NCBI GenBank assembly: GCA_001600815.1
Contig: BCKZ01000014.1
Span: 434,001 to 498,000, forward strand
DNA: 64,000 nucleotides
Source of the DNA: Alloascoidea hylecoeti
Taxonomy: Eukaryota
Direction: 5' to 3'
In this document: one piece after another, positions 24,990-38,942 of the stretch
Numbering within the stretch: position 1 is the stretch's first letter
How the letters are laid out: each line of letters starts with the position of its first letter
Program-made: the position numbers and the translations under genes
The notes under the pieces: model-generated
The model's input: only the letters and a program-made list of their open reading frames with translations
What the model was told of the DNA's origin: nothing
Database searches by the model: none

Positions 24990-25740
24990 ATATAGATACT
25001 CTTATTTGAATGGGACCCGAGCTCGTGAGAGACAGCTCTGTCAATGATTTTCTCATCTTCATATTTATAGGTTTTCTAGGGTACCAACAGCATCCATTCT
25101 AGTCTTGCTTATTACATGTATACGCTTAGAGACTCTGAAACTTGTTTGGGGTTTATTATGATCCATTTAGAGTCGATTGAGATCAATATTCTGCATCCTC
25201 TTTTTCTCATTTGCCAAAACTTTTCATGATGAGCGACTCCCATATCGAGTTTTTTTGATTCTTTATATTTATTTTTCATTATCTCGGAAGAAAATTTCTT
25301 TCACTGTTTATGTGATCACCATAGCTGAATCATGAGTCTGCTTGTTTACATTCTCTTCTCGAATGAGATCTAGACGAACAAATGGAACAAACAAACAATT
25401 GGAAGAAAGAAAATAAATCCTGTTTTGTACCCAAACATCTTTCTTGAGGTTCTTAAATTTACTTCAAAATAATTGTTGCTATTTATTATTTAGTGACAAT
25501 TGCTGGTTTTAATATTGAATCTTTGACTTCGTGTGGCAGATGAAACGTTTTCTTCATGAAGAAAAAAAAATGAATCCTATAAACTTTAGATGTTCCAATT
25601 CTAAATAGTTAGTGATCTAATTAACTGAAGGAATCATAGAGAATTATCTTGTCAATATTCAGATAAGCTTACATTTATTAATATTAATATGCCCCAGTCA
25701 TTTCCCATTGATATTTCTGATAGTGCTCCAGTCTACCTGA
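24990..25740 (-). mobile_element. Possible Ty3/gypsy pol relic
   Basis: In order on the minus strand: DTGA-like/MGNDW (protease-like), LFVP..THDS/YGDH (integrase zinc-finger-like), GPF-like motif at about 25003-25020; many frameshifts. Confidence 0.4.
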
Positions 25741-26485
25741 TACTTTTTCTTATTTTTAATGCCTTTATATAATAAGTTTACATGTATACTATTATATACT
25801 GTCTCTTCTTTTTTACATGAAGCTCAGCAAGGTATCAGAATTTAAAAGATTTCGTGTTGCCATATTCATGAAGTTAGCGCTTTTGCTTTTGAGGATAAAT
25901 AACCTTGATTTTACAGCTCAAAATAAGTTATCTACATAATTAATTTGTTTTATGTCTACAAGACTACAAGCGTTTGTTGTAATCATAAAAAATCTATTAA
26001 TAATTAAAAAAATATAGTAAGAAAAATTAAACAGTCCATCTGCATATGTATTGTGTACCCACAAATTTCAACTTCAATATTAATATGTTATTTCTAATAA
26101 AAACAAAATAGGTATAAAGACCGGTCAATTAATACATAACTAACAAATATCTTATATGATGCACATTTTTGATCAACTTAATTAATATCCATATAGTTAG
26201 TACCAGTGTATGGATTCAGATTCAAGACTTTTGTTGTAACATACCACTTTATCTTATTATTGCACTTCATAATGATATGAATATATATTTGAAATATAAA
26301 AAATGATGTGCAACAATAATTCATAAACTATAACAATTCCAAAAGATAATATAAAATAAGATATACTTTCTTTTAAATACATGCATATAAGGACCTTATA
26401 GTAGGTGCAAAAAAGCATCTTAAATACGAAATGAATTTATATAAAGGGCTATAAAACTTTATACCCTTATCATTTCATAACCTAA

Positions 26486-29028
26486 TCACAAATTGGGTCC
26501 TAAATTTAGACTCTTAACACTATCAATATCCATTGGGTCTTCAGATTGATTTTCATAGACATTTACAGTAGAGGTTAATATTTCTTGTGGATCATAAGAT
26601 ATTGTTCCTTTCAAACTATTCTTTATTGGAATAAGTTTATCAATACCATGCTTTTTAAAAATTTCATTTATTCCTTCTAATGATTTAGATCCAAAAAATT
26701 GAACATCGATATCTTTATCAAGTTCAAGTTTTTGTAAACTCGAAATAATATTTAATTCAACAAATTTTAAAACTTCTTGTTTTTTATCATTTGGTTTAAG
26801 ATCTTTTGTTGATAAATAAAATAAAACATTAGCTATAACAAGATATGATTTTGCAACATTAAAGCGAATATTAGGAATTGAATCATCAATTAATTCACTA
26901 ATAAAATTAAATATAGATTTTTTTACAAAATTTTCAGTTTCTTCAACATTATTTAATTCTTTAATATTCATAAAACTTTCAGTAATTTTAGTAATCATTA
27001 ATAAACTCGTTAATCTATAAATAAAATTATTATGATGTCCATTTGTTATAATTGGCACTAATATTTCATTTTTCGTCCAATTTGAACCAAAGATTTGAGT
27101 TATTTGACATAAGTTTTCAATAGCTGCAATTCTTATTGAATAAACTGGATCCCAAAGCCAATTAATACATAGATCACCAAGATCTTTATTAAAGAAAGCG
27201 ATACCTAATTTTGCAGCTAATTTGGGAATCTCTTTAATAGCAGATAATCTTATACGCCATGTTTTATCTTGTGATAATTCTGTAATTGCTGGTATTAATG
27301 TTGTTGTTAATTTTTCAGTTCCAATAATTTCTAAATCCTCTAGTGAAGATAAATTAGAAATAAAATTTATTCGTACTTCAGGATCTTTATCTACTATGAT
27401 ATCTAAAAATATTGGAAAGATATACTTTGATGTTATTGATGGACCTAAGACGGCAGCCAAGTTTGTGATTTCCAAAGCAATCGAGGCTCTAACATGTTTA
27501 GAAGCATCATTTGAGATATTTCTAACATTTGGTAAGATATCATCTAAAATGATTGAATTGTTTTCATTTCGAGGTTCTTCTTTATTAGTATTATTTGTAA
27601 CCTGTGGAGATAATTCTAAAATTGTTTTGCAAAATCCAGAAATTTGCATTGATATTGCTGTTCTAACTTCAACTTCTTGATCTTGCATTAAATCAACAAA
27701 TATTCCTACAAATTTTTGCTTCATTTGATCACTTTTCAAAATAGATGCTAATTTTGCAAATCTATCTGCTACAACATATCGTACTCTCCAACTTTGATCA
27801 GTTGCTAAAGAAATTGCAGATTCCAATAGTTCATGATTTTGTTCTTCGGAAATTCCACCTGGTCCATTTGATAATACTTCAGCAATTGAAATGAGGATAT
27901 CAATCGATAAAAACCTAACAGAATCTTGCTCATCTGTAGCTTCCAAAATAAACATTTGGAAAACTTTCCCTTCTAGTTTCAAGTTGGGTAAAGTTTTGAT
28001 TATCTTAGGTAAATATGTAGCTGATGCTCTTCTAACCGCTGGTGATTCATGTTGTGTTAACTCCATATAAAGTGATAATAAATGCTCTCGGATTCCAGCA
28101 TCTCCAGAAGGATTATTTTGAATATCATCTGAGTCCATATCTTTATCTACAGAATCCGAATCAGCATCAGCATCGGCTTCACCATTCTCCTTGTTATCAT
28201 CTGAAGCAGCGGGTGTCTCAACACCCTCATTCAACTTTTGGAAACACACTTCAAACAAACCTGTACTAGCCACCCGACTAGAAAACCACTGAGCAGTAGC
28301 TAATCTCTCTACTGCAGGTACTATCTTCTCTTTTAATTCTTCTTTAGACAACTGCCTTGCTATTTTATTGAAATTCTCCACTGCTTTATCCCTTAGAAGT
28401 GGTTCCTCTGTTGCACATAGTGCTTCAAGTGTAGGGACTAAAACGTGGGCATATTGTGTACCACCAATGTAAGGAATAAACCCACCTAATTGTTCAGCCA
28501 CAATCATAAAGATCTCACCCTCATCATCTTGAGTTGCTTCTAGATCAAGTAGAAAAATGTTAGGTTATAATTACTTTGTATATGAGTGTTTAGCAATCGA
28601 AACACATACCTTCTAAGAATGACATTAACTCTTTTCGAGTCCTTTCTGGACCAATTGCAATAGCTATTGTTGATAGTCTTTGCATTGCACTAGCTCTATT
28701 TTCAAAATCATCACTCTAGATAAGTCAATTGATCTGAAAAAATATGATTTTGATCAAATATTGAATATTCAATCGTGATCATATATCAGATTTATTTCAG
28801 GACATCTTGGTTAGAGAGATGAGGAGGGGTCACAATATTTTGACAATTTTAAAAGAAATAAATGTAAAGAGGTGGCTCAATTGCTTAATTGACAGAAATG
28901 CAAAAGAATAGCTCAATTGCTTAGTGATAAAAAAAGATACATACTTTTAGATCATCCATTAATATAGCTAAAGGCAGCAAATCGTCCCTTGAATTGATGC
29001 TAGTTGGAGAAGATCCATTAGACGACAT
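26486..29028 (-). CDS. TPD3: PP2A scaffold subunit A; exons 29028-28945, 28715-28610, 28539-26486
   Basis: LLPLAILMDDLK|SDD..RLSTIAIAIGPERTRKEL; HEAT repeats with WFSSRVAS, DQSWRVRY, WRIRL, PNIRFNVAKS. Confidence 0.94.
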
Positions 29029-29432
29029 TCTAAAACTCCCAAATATAATTGTTTTAAGTAGTCAATTGGGGTCTCAGTGTGAAAATTGGGTATTGTGGAA
29101 GATGAATAAAAGGGGTATTTTGAAAAATTGTAAAAGAGTGGTGGTGCTGGCGGAAATTTATGGAGGTGTGAGGCAGAACAAACAAGCTTTAAGCGAAAAG
29201 TCGATCAGGTGAATTTCCAACTGCATTTAAAAATATTGATTATGGAAGAGATAAGGAAAAAAGAAAAAAGATTAACTCCTTGAATATTTTATACACTATA
29301 AGTTAGATGAATTCCTATATATATATACTGACTGACTGGTTATATATCAAACAAAATAACTAAAAATCAATAAATACATGAAAATAATAAAGATAACAAA
29401 GAAATTGGATATCTTTAAGTTCAATTTAATAA

Positions 29433-30749
29433 TCACAAGTATGTTACTCTGAAAGCCATACTGGTTGTTCTCTTTATTGGTTCAATCAAATTCCCTTTAT
29501 ACTTTTGGATTATTTGTCTAAATTGTGGATTCTTGCGAAACATAATAAAAGAAACAAGAAAAGACAAAATCCCCAATCTTTTAATAAAAACAGAAAACCT
29601 AGATACCCCTTTACCCCTTATTATACCAACAACTTCTAATAAATATCTAAAAATTCGTATTATTGGGTTATGAGGAGATGCCGTTGCCGGACCTCGGATA
29701 ACGGGTTTTGATGGAGACGTTTCTTGTTGATTATGGTCGAATTTCTTTGCTCCTCCACGTCCACGGGTATTCGGGAAATCAGTTTCAAAGCCACTACTAC
29801 TATCGTAAGTAGTATCATCAACTCTAGTAGACTCAAAACTATTGCGTGCCAATTCTCGTTGTTTCAACTGTTCTTCATATGTTTCCCGTTGTCGTGCTCT
29901 TTCGGCTTGAGCCATCTCTTCAACTTTTTTAGCATCATCGAGTTGTTTTTGTTCAATTTCTCTTTGGATTTTCTCTGACTGTTCTTTCTCCTCTTGCTGT
30001 GCTTGGAGGTTATTTATTGCCGTTACAAGCCGTTCCTTTTTAATATTATCGATAAAGGGGCTAATTGTAACAAATTCAATCGCCTCATGCCATAATTTAA
30101 ATCGTGGTAGCACATGAAGAATGTATAGTTCTAGTAGCTTATTATAACTAATCAATGCTTTTTCTTCTAGATTGAAAACTTCAATTGCAGATAGATATTT
30201 TTCCAAATTATCTTTGCTTAAAGTGTTTGTGTCGCTACAGTATCTCAATTCTAACAAAGTTATAGAAACTGCTATTTCTGGATGAACGTATGCCAACCCT
30301 CCGCAAACATCAGATAGTTTGTCCCAAAGTTGACTGGTTGTTATTTCCCCTACTAGAGCCATACGATCTGAACGTGACCATAGGTCGGGACTGGTGGGAT
30401 CTAATATTGGAGATTTGTGTAGACTTTCGTTCGATTTCTTTTTAGATAATTCTTTATCACTGTTAGGTGTTATGGAATGCTTTGCAGCAACATCAAGCAG
30501 AGCAAAATAAAGGCTCCATACTTTCAACCAAGTCTTGTTGGATAAGTCACCAGCAGAATAGTAAAGCGGGGCAGACTCCAGGGTTGGGGAAAGAAGGTTC
30601 CACGACTGGAGAAATTTTTTGTTAAGAAAAAGACGGGCAGCACTGTTGTAGTTACGCTCCACGATTTGCTCTGTTGCAGGCCGTGAGAAATCCTGTGAAG
30701 AGACCTGTTGAGGAATCCTGGAGGAGGTTTGTATTTGGGTCATACTCAT
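29433..30749 (-). CDS. PEX26: Probable peroxin Pex26 (tail-anchored)
   Basis: YNSAARLFLNKKF, LELYILHVLPR..W..A.EF, coiled coil, C-terminal TM segment then KRTTSMAFRVTYL resemble fungal Pex26. Confidence 0.75.
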   Translation of the reverse strand: MSMTQIQTSSRIPQQVSSQDFSRPATEQIVERNYNSAARLFLNKKFLQSWNLLSPTLESAPLYYSAGDLSNKTWLKVWSLYFALLDVAAKHSITPNSDKELSKKKSNESLHKSPILDPTSPDLWSRSDRMALVGEITTSQLWDKLSDVCGGLAYVHPEIAVSITLLELRYCSDTNTLSKDNLEKYLSAIEVFNLEEKALISYNKLLELYILHVLPRFKLWHEAIEFVTISPFIDNIKKERLVTAINNLQAQQEEKEQSEKIQREIEQKQLDDAKKVEEMAQAERARQRETYEEQLKQRELARNSFESTRVDDTTYDSSSGFETDFPNTRGRGGAKKFDHNQQETSPSKPVIRGPATASPHNPIIRIFRYLLEVVGIIRGKGVSRFSVFIKRLGILSFLVSFIMFRKNPQFRQIIQKYKGNLIEPIKRTTSMAFRVTYL

Positions 30750-31049
30750 TGCTGAAAAAGTGATAATGAGAAGCAATATTAATAAAGTTGGCTGGTTGAA
30801 ATGTAAATAAATTACTAACTGATTATGCAACTCTACACGTGACACGTGATGGCATTGGCATCGGATGACATTTGGCCGTCTTTGGGTTGGGCTACGCTCA
30901 ATTGGCTCGGACCATTGGAGGAAAATCATTAGAAGATTGCTCTTGAAAGGGGATGATCTCCTACAATAATGATTTGAAAAATCGATTTTAGCGTATAAAG
31001 GTAGAATAAAAATAGAATCCATGAATATCATGTGATCTGAAGAAACCCA

Positions 31050-31202
31050 AAGTCATTCCACTTAATTTCAGCCATACTAGCTACTAGTTATCGGTCATCC
31101 CCATAATATGGAACAACTTCGGGTCCCAAACCTTACGGAGATTTAGTTATGTTATGGCCGATAATTAGTGATTATAATGGCTTAAATTAAGTGGAATGAC
31201 TT
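31050..31202. mobile_element. MITE family A, copy 2
   Basis: 26 bp TIR AAGTCATTCCACTTAATTTCAGCCAT / ATGGCTTAAATTAAGTGGAATGACTT; internal GGAACAACTTCGGGT shared with 46847. Confidence 0.85.
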
Positions 31203-31772
31203 ATGAGCACTACTGTAATTCTCACTAAAATCAGAAGATTTAGAATAATCATGGGAATTTCTACTACTCTTGATAATATGCCTATTCTCTGAATCTAAAT
31301 TTCTCTTAATCTGTAATTTAATTTTTCATTAAGATTGATTATAAAAATTAGAGAACATATATATTCTATTGCCATATGCACATTGCAAAAAAAATATATC
31401 TTTATAAATCAGCAGGTACATACACCCAGCTATTATAAATGTTTATAGTTACAGTAATATAATCTTATTTTTACTTTATATATCACATATCATTAAGTTG
31501 TAAAGCTAGCTAGCTCTCGTGGTACTATTATAATGATTCCTGATGACACTTCTCACACAACTGCAGTTGAAAAAATAAACTATGCTGTGAATTAAATTAA
31601 TGATAATTTTAATCGGATTATCTACCTATAATTAAGATTTAAAAATAAATAATAGCAGTGTTATTCATCTGTTTATTGCTCTTTTTCTCTTTTCAAGGTG
31701 GTAAGAGTAGCTGTCCTACATGAAATATGCAGACAAAAGTTTGAGGACAGCCATTCCTACAATTAGTTATAT

Positions 31773-32820
31773 TTATAAAAGTCCCAGATTCGATAATCGA
31801 TCACAATTAGGTGTTGGTATATTTATTGCTTCATCATATTTGTCTTGATCATAAAATATCCATCCTTGACTATCTGAAATCTTTTGTTGTCTATATGCAT
31901 TTTCTCGTTGACAAAATCGTCGTAGATTTGTAACATATCTTTCTTCAACCTTTTTATCTAATTTTCTAAAATCTTTTTGGGAAAAACTTTCAACATCTGA
32001 TTTCTTTACAAAATATGGAACTTTGTATTTACCTGTGGTATGTTCAACATTGTAGAAACGTACAGGTTCAAAAGAATAATGTGTATTATCAGCTGGCGAT
32101 GAGTCTGAGAAGAGAAAATTGCTGACTAAAGGTAAAACAAGGAAGAGAAGAATTGGCAATAGTTGTCTAAATAGATCTTTGAAACTTCCCTCTGTATTAG
32201 CTTGTGTATTTGAAGTAGCACGTGGAGCAGCAGCTCTTGGACGATTAGTAGTAAATCTAACACCTCCTGGTCCTCCAAATGTGAACGTAGTAGCACCTCC
32301 TCTAGCACCAAAGCTATCGCCAAATGGATCTCCAAATGGATCTCCACCACCTCGTCCGAAAAACATATTAAATAATTCTTCTGGTGGTATTCCTCCTTGG
32401 AATTGATTTGCCGTTCGGGAATAAGATGCACCACTGTTGCTGCTACTACTAGCAGCTGAGAATCGATTATCTGGATCGGCACCTGTGGCATCGTATATCC
32501 TTTTCTTATCTGGATCAGATAGAACTTGAAAAGCTTTCGAGACAACTGAAAAAATAATAATATGTTAGCTATAGTTTAAGGATAAGTAAGACCAAAAAAG
32601 TACATAACATACGCTTAAATGCTTCATCTGCACCAGGAGCCGAATTTTTATCAGGATGTAAAGTCAAAGCAACTTTCCGATAAGCTTTTTTGATCTCAAC
32701 GTCTGAAGAACCCTTTTGGATATTTAATATTTCATAATAACCATTGACTTTACATTTTTTGATTCGGTCTACAGCGTCTTTTTGTTTTTGAGTGAAGGGC
32801 CGCTCTGATTTTTCGGACAT
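31773..32820 (-). CDS. HLJ1: ER J-domain co-chaperone (Hlj1/DNAJB12-like); exons 32820-32613 and 32545-31773
   Basis: J-domain with HPDKN, G/F-rich region, TM segment, DUF1977-like C-terminus. Confidence 0.88.
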
Positions 32821-33156
32821 AATTGTGATGTGTTAAAAAAAGTCCCAATTCGGGTATAAGTAGCAGTATAATAGGAATACGGTAGTCAAACAGAGTCGAG
32901 TAGAGTCGCTATAGCTGATTATCAAAGCGATATATACAGATGGAAGAAATGGTGATGAACGTGGCTATCCTTGGCAAATCTATGTTATTCCATTTATTCT
33001 GTTATTTGATTGTGCCACGTTACACCCACACACCGCTTCTCCCGGAAGCATCAAGTTTTATCTTACGGAATGAATCAGCATATTATTATATTCTATCCTA
33101 GATTTCATCATCTTATTTCCACTTTTCTCTGTCATATTTTTACATCATATCTCATA

Positions 33157-36100
33157 ATGGCTCCGATTAAGATGGTCCCAGAAAAAAGAAGCATCGCTCT
33201 TTTGGAAGAGTTAGGATCACAGCATCGTGTTGAACCCAAAAGGGCGCGTTCCACAAACCCATTCCCTCCCTCACAATCAAGTCAGAAAACAGCCATGAGC
33301 CAGGTTTTACCAAGCAAATTTGAAAAAGATCTGGTTCAGATGTCTGAAGAAGTTTCCCAGACAAATTGTATGTCGTTTTGATGAAATGATACGATTAGGG
33401 TTCACGTCGTTGAAAAGAAATATTTTTCAACGCGTCTCTTTATTTTATCAATTTCGCGTTTCGCGTTTTGTGTTCGTTTACTAACTTCATTTCCAACGTT
33501 AGATTCGATAAAAGATCAGCAGTGGGGAAGGCCTCCTTTGGAAAAATTTGACCCAAAAACATCCGACATATGTATGGTATCATCATTTTCACTATTATTA
33601 ATACTACTAACTAACTCCTTCAATAGCATTCCAACAATTAGATGCTGAAGAATCAATACATCGAGGTGTCCCAAGCGTCAGATTCTTTGGTGTTACAATG
33701 GTTAGTATTTATTCTTTACTTATAACCTTCAATATATATCATAGCTTACTAACTTTTTTTTAGGAAGGACACTCGGTTTTATGTAATGTAGTTGGCTTTC
33801 ATCATTACTTTTATGTTCCAGCGCCAGCTTCTTTCAGAAAAGAAGATATCTATGGACTCACTTCTAAACTACGACAATTTCATGCCTCATTAGATTGTAT
33901 TGAAATATGCTATAAAGAATCAATATGGGGTTATAATAATAATGAGAAATCTCCTTTTATAAAAGTTATACTAAATAATGCAAAAGATGTCAATAAACTA
34001 CGAAGTGCTTTTGAAAAAGGAGAAGTCGATTATAATGGTATGTTTCCTGGCGGAATAACTTATGATAACATTCCCTTCTTGTTGAGGTTTATGGTTGATT
34101 GTGGTGTTAATGGAATGTCATGGATAACTCTCCCTGCTAAAAAATATACACAATTACTTGAAGATGAGAAAATATCCTCTTGTCAAATTGAAGTTACAGT
34201 CAACTATCAAGATATAGTTGCACATGGAGTAGATGGAGAATGGTCTAAAATTGCTCCTTTACGAATTTTATCATTTGATATTGAATGTGCTGGTAGAAAA
34301 GGTATTTTCCCGGAAGCCGATAAAGATCCAGTTATTCAAATAGCCAATGTTGTATCAAGGTATGGTGAATCAAGACCTTTTGTTAGAAATGTATTTACAG
34401 TCAATACATGTTCTCCAATTGTTGGATCTCAAATTTTTGACTATCAAGATGAACGGGATATGTTACGTAATTGGAAGAACTTTGTTAATAAAGTCGATCC
34501 TGACGTTATTATTGGATATAACACAATCAATTTCGACACTCCTTATTTACTTGATCGGGCTAAAGCCTTAAAAGTTGAAGATTTCCCCTTTTTTGGAAGA
34601 TTGGTTCATGTTAAACAACAAATTACAGATAGTGTTTTCTCTTCAAAAGCATATGGTACTCGAAACTCTAAAGTTATTAACATTGATGGTAGAATGCAAA
34701 TTGATTTACTTCAAGTTATTCAACGTGATTATAAATTAAGAAGTTATACTTTAAATTCAGTATCTGCTCATTTTCTTAATGAACAAAAAGAAGATGTACA
34801 ACATTCAATTATTACTGACTTACAAAATGGTAACGCTGAATCACGAAGAAGATTGGCTGTCTATTGCTTAAAAGATGCCTATTTACCAATGAGATTATTA
34901 GATAAATTGATGTGTATTGTCAATTATACTGAAATGGCAAGAGTAACAGGTGTTCCATTTTCATTTTTACTTTCTAGAGGTCAACAAATCAAAGTCATTT
35001 CACAATTATTTAGAAAAGCGGTTGAAATAGGATTGGTTATCCCAAATCTGTCTCGATCTGGTCAAAGTGATGAACAATATGAAGGTGCAACTGTTATTGA
35101 ACCTATTCGTGGCTACTATGACAAACCCATTGCAACTTTAGATTTTTCTTCTTTATATCCAAGTATTATGATGGCTCATAATTTATGTTATACAACTCTA
35201 CTAAGTAAAAATACAATTGATAGATTAAGCTTAAAAGCTGATAAAGATTATACTATTGCTCCAACTGGTGACTGTTTTGTTAAACCTGATCTACGAAAAG
35301 GTGTATTACCGATCATTTTAGAAGAACTTATCGGCGCTAGAAAAAAAGCAAAAGCTGATTTAAAAAAGGAAACTGATCCTTTCAAGAAGAACGTTCTAAA
35401 TGGTCGTCAATTAGCTTTGAAAATATCTGCAAACTCTGTATATGGTTTTACTGGTGCAACCATTGGTAAACTACCATGTTTGGAAATTTCCTCTTCTGTT
35501 ACTGCTTTTGGTAGGAAGATGATTGAAAAGACAAAAAATGAAGTTGAATCACACTATTCAATTGCAAATGGCTATAATTATGATTCTCAAGTTATTTATG
35601 GTGATACTGATTCGGTAATGGTAAAATTTGGTCCAGAAGATCTACAAAAATGTATGGAATTAGGCAAAGAAGCTGCTGATTTGGTTTCTGACAAATTTAT
35701 TAATCCAATTAAACTAGAGTTTGAAAAAGTTTATTTCCCGTATTTACTGATCAATAAGAAAAGATATGCAGGGTTATACTGGACGAAAACGGACAAATTT
35801 GATAAAATGGATACAAAAGGTTTAGAAACTGTTCGTCGTGATAATTGCAGAATGGTATCCGAAGTCACCGACACCGTTTTAAAGCAAATTCTAATAGATC
35901 GAAATGTTGAAGAAGCTCAAAATTATGTTAAAAAAACAATAAGTGATTTGTTACAAAATAAGATTGATCTATCAATGTTGGTCATTACAAAAGCTCTTTC
36001 AAGAAAAGATTATGCTGCAAAACAAGCCCATGTTGAGTTAGCAGAACGAATGAGAAAGAGAGATGCTGGTTCAGCTCCAGCTTTAGGTGATCGTGTTGCC

Positions 36101-36649
36101 TATGTTATTATTAATAAAGGTAGTGGTGCTAGAAATTATGAAAGATCTGAAGACCCAATTTATGTTTTGGATAACAATTTACCAATAGATACGCGGTATT
36201 ATTTAGATAATCAATTGACAAAACCGTTAATGAGGATTTTCGAACCAATTCTTGGAGAGCGTAAGGCAAAGGAGTTATTAACTGGGGAACATACAAGAAC
36301 TATCAACGTCGCTTCTGTAAAATCGGGTGGGTTACTTCGTTTCACTAAGAAAACAGAAACTTGTAAAGGGTGTCGAACGCCCCTAAAACCTGGTAATAAG
36401 GGGGCTTTGTGTTCAAATTGTCTTCCCCGAGCCACTGAATTGTACGAAACAGAGTTAGTTAAAATGAGCCAATTGGAAAAGAAGTTTGCGAAACTATGGA
36501 CACAGTGTCAAAGATGTCAGGGAAGTTTGCATCAAGATGTGTTATGTTCGAATAAAGATTGCCCAATATTTTATATGCGGAAGAAGGTTCAAAAGGATCT
36601 TAGTGATTGTGGCCATGAACTACAACGGTTTGATGACACAGACTGGTAA
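33157..36649 (+). CDS. POL3: DNA polymerase delta catalytic subunit; exons 33157-33367, 33503-33571, 33627-33700, 33764-36649
   Basis: [30 protein letters not shown]-terminal CysA/CysB motifs; three introns keep frame. Confidence 0.97.
33430..33468. promoter_or_regulatory. MCB/SCB-like cluster inside POL3 intron 1
   Basis: ACGCGT at 33430 and TTTCGCGTTTCGCGTTT at 33452-33468. Confidence 0.6.
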
Positions 36650-36851
36650 TCTTATAATCGTTCATTTCATTCATGCAATCATGACATTTTATATATTATC
36701 ATCTTTTTTTCATTATAATTATATTAGTTTAATCCTTTACTAGCATTAATAGTTTTAATATGAATTAACGTTACATCTTGCATACTTAAAATTTACACGA
36801 TCGCAATTCTTGAAAGCTTAATATATATTGATAACTGTGGAATTGGAATCC

Positions 36852-36964
36852 GTGGTCGAAGCACCACCCATAGATATGCAGGAATATTTTGTGTAGAATT
36901 CATGGTGTTATAAATAGTAATGGTAGAGTGGTATATGGTAAAGAAGGGAAGAATTGTGGAAATA
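36852..36964. repeat. Dispersed repeat, homolog of 14118-14235
   Basis: Reverse-complement alignment; contains TATAAATA. Confidence 0.75.
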
Positions 36965-37640
36965 ATTATAATTATAAGGGGATATATACAATAAACAATT
37001 TTTTATCGTCAGTTCTAAAATGATCTAATTTCTAGAATAGTAAGTAAATTTTATTCACCCTGCTAGAATTCTAGGGGTGGGAAAAGAAACACAGCTATAT
37101 ACAGTCTATGTAGTTACAGGGTATTTTCTTTGAATCCATCACGTAGATATTACTGTATCTCATAAATTATGGAGTTGATATTTCCGAAGTATTTGTTTAT
37201 CGATGCCAGTTTTCAATTTTGTGTATTTTCCTTTCCAATAGTTTTCTACAGTTAACGTTCAGGTAGTGGTATTAAGTACTATGTATACTAGTCAGATCCT
37301 TTTTGCACTAGTATCGATTCACACAATTCTTCGGAACGTTTATTACCAAGCGTAAGATTTTGAAAGTTTTGTATAACTTAACAGAAATAGATAAAAAATC
37401 TGGGCATGCTTTTTTTATGATTATACGCTTAATTGGTGGATTTCCAAAACTCCAGTTGAGTTCCGGCGCCTATTATTCAGCTAACCTTATAAATTTCCAT
37501 CTTCAGGAGTGAGATAGCTAAGTATAAAATATACGTGCACTTATTAATACTGTGTAATAATGTGTACATGTATACCTTCTAGACTAATCAACTGTTAATG
37601 GATAGCATACTGAATTTGTAAAACACTGAAAGCGGTAATT

Positions 37641-37826
37641 CAGTTTTTCCACTCTGAATTCGCCATTGTGTAGGGAGGATTTCGCCACTCGGTAATACGA
37701 GGCTTAACATCAGGCTACGTAGTAAACTTTTCTATATACATGTATAGCAGGTCATTTGGCCCCTCGGTTCGGGTACTAATGGTGAAAACCTGTCCGCAAA
37801 ATAGTGAATTCAGAGTAGAAAGACTG
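37641..37826. mobile_element. MITE family B, 186 bp
   Basis: 27 bp imperfect TIR CAGTTTTTCCACTCTGAATTCGCCATT / AATAGTGAATTCAGAGTAGAAAGACTG, followed by TA. Confidence 0.8.
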
Positions 37827-38942
37827 TATCATTTAATATTTGAGCTATGTTAAGTATTACTACATGCATATATCGTTACCTAATTGGGATACCGCATCAC
37901 TCGTAATACCTTCCATATTATGAAGAATTAAAACAGGGAACCTATAAGGGCCTTAATTAGTATATAAAAAGGAGCCTAGTCCCTTTCCTTCTATGTCTTC
38001 TTTTATTTTACCTTAAAAACTTTTTGAATTCATTCATATTCATATTTTATTTTTATCATATTTTAAAGATGAAAACTTCAACCCAATAAACATAATATTT
38101 GGTTCCATAACCTCCGCCATTATGTTACTTGAAAATATATTTTAATTTACATAATCCAAAATAAAATAAAGATATACGATCAGTATAAACTAATAAAATA
38201 CTTTGGGGGTTTGAATCTCGATAAATGATATTAAAATTAGCAATTAATAATTCAGTAGTGTAAAATATTGATATATTCAATTCAAATCGACCTTCTCTTT
38301 GTAAATAATGAAATAATAATTCACCAACATTTGTGAAAGCTAAAATAAAGTATTATTTTTCAGGACTTTGAAAATTTTAAAGGAAAAATAAAAGGATTAC
38401 TTTCTTTCAGCTAATGTATATACCTTCTGATCTTGAAAAAATATGAGCTTTTCTAATTGTTTTCATAAAAACATATTAAGAAGGATAAAAAAAGGTTAAA
38501 TAATAAGTGGAATTTTTTTTTTTATGTACTGATAGACTGGGCTGTGAAAGGATTCGACCCATACATCTGCATTGAATTATGGATACTATATAATCAAAGG
38601 TAGTAGATCACCTATGAAGAACGGTAATGTAGTTTGATGTGAATTTGAGAACGTGTAAAGATGAGACTGCCATGAATATCTTTAAAAAGAAGGGTTTTTA
38701 TGTATCATCTAATTTTTCCTTAGAGGTTTATCACGACATTAATCTTTTATACCTTTGGTTAACTAATAGCTTTTTCTTTTAGATTTACGTATAAATTCAG
38801 ATTAAAACTTCTGTATTTTTTTTTTTTAACTTTTTCATATATTTTCCAATTAAATTATATAACTAGAAACTATGTAAATTCTAGAACATGCATGTCAGAC
38901 TCTCTCTGGAGTTGAGTTGGTTTTAGTGCGACATGTGTATCA

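Noticed and set aside
30750..31031. Long N-terminal ORF extension of PEX26 (likewise 33010, 51465, 58119, 12146 starts)
   Set aside because: They read through promoter-like DNA, mostly from non-ATG starts; downstream ATGs fit the protein families better.
38538..38563. Minus-strand tRNA-like 3' half (GGGTCGAATCCTTTCACAGCCCA)
   Set aside because: Poor T-stem pairing and no matching 5' acceptor strand or D-arm.
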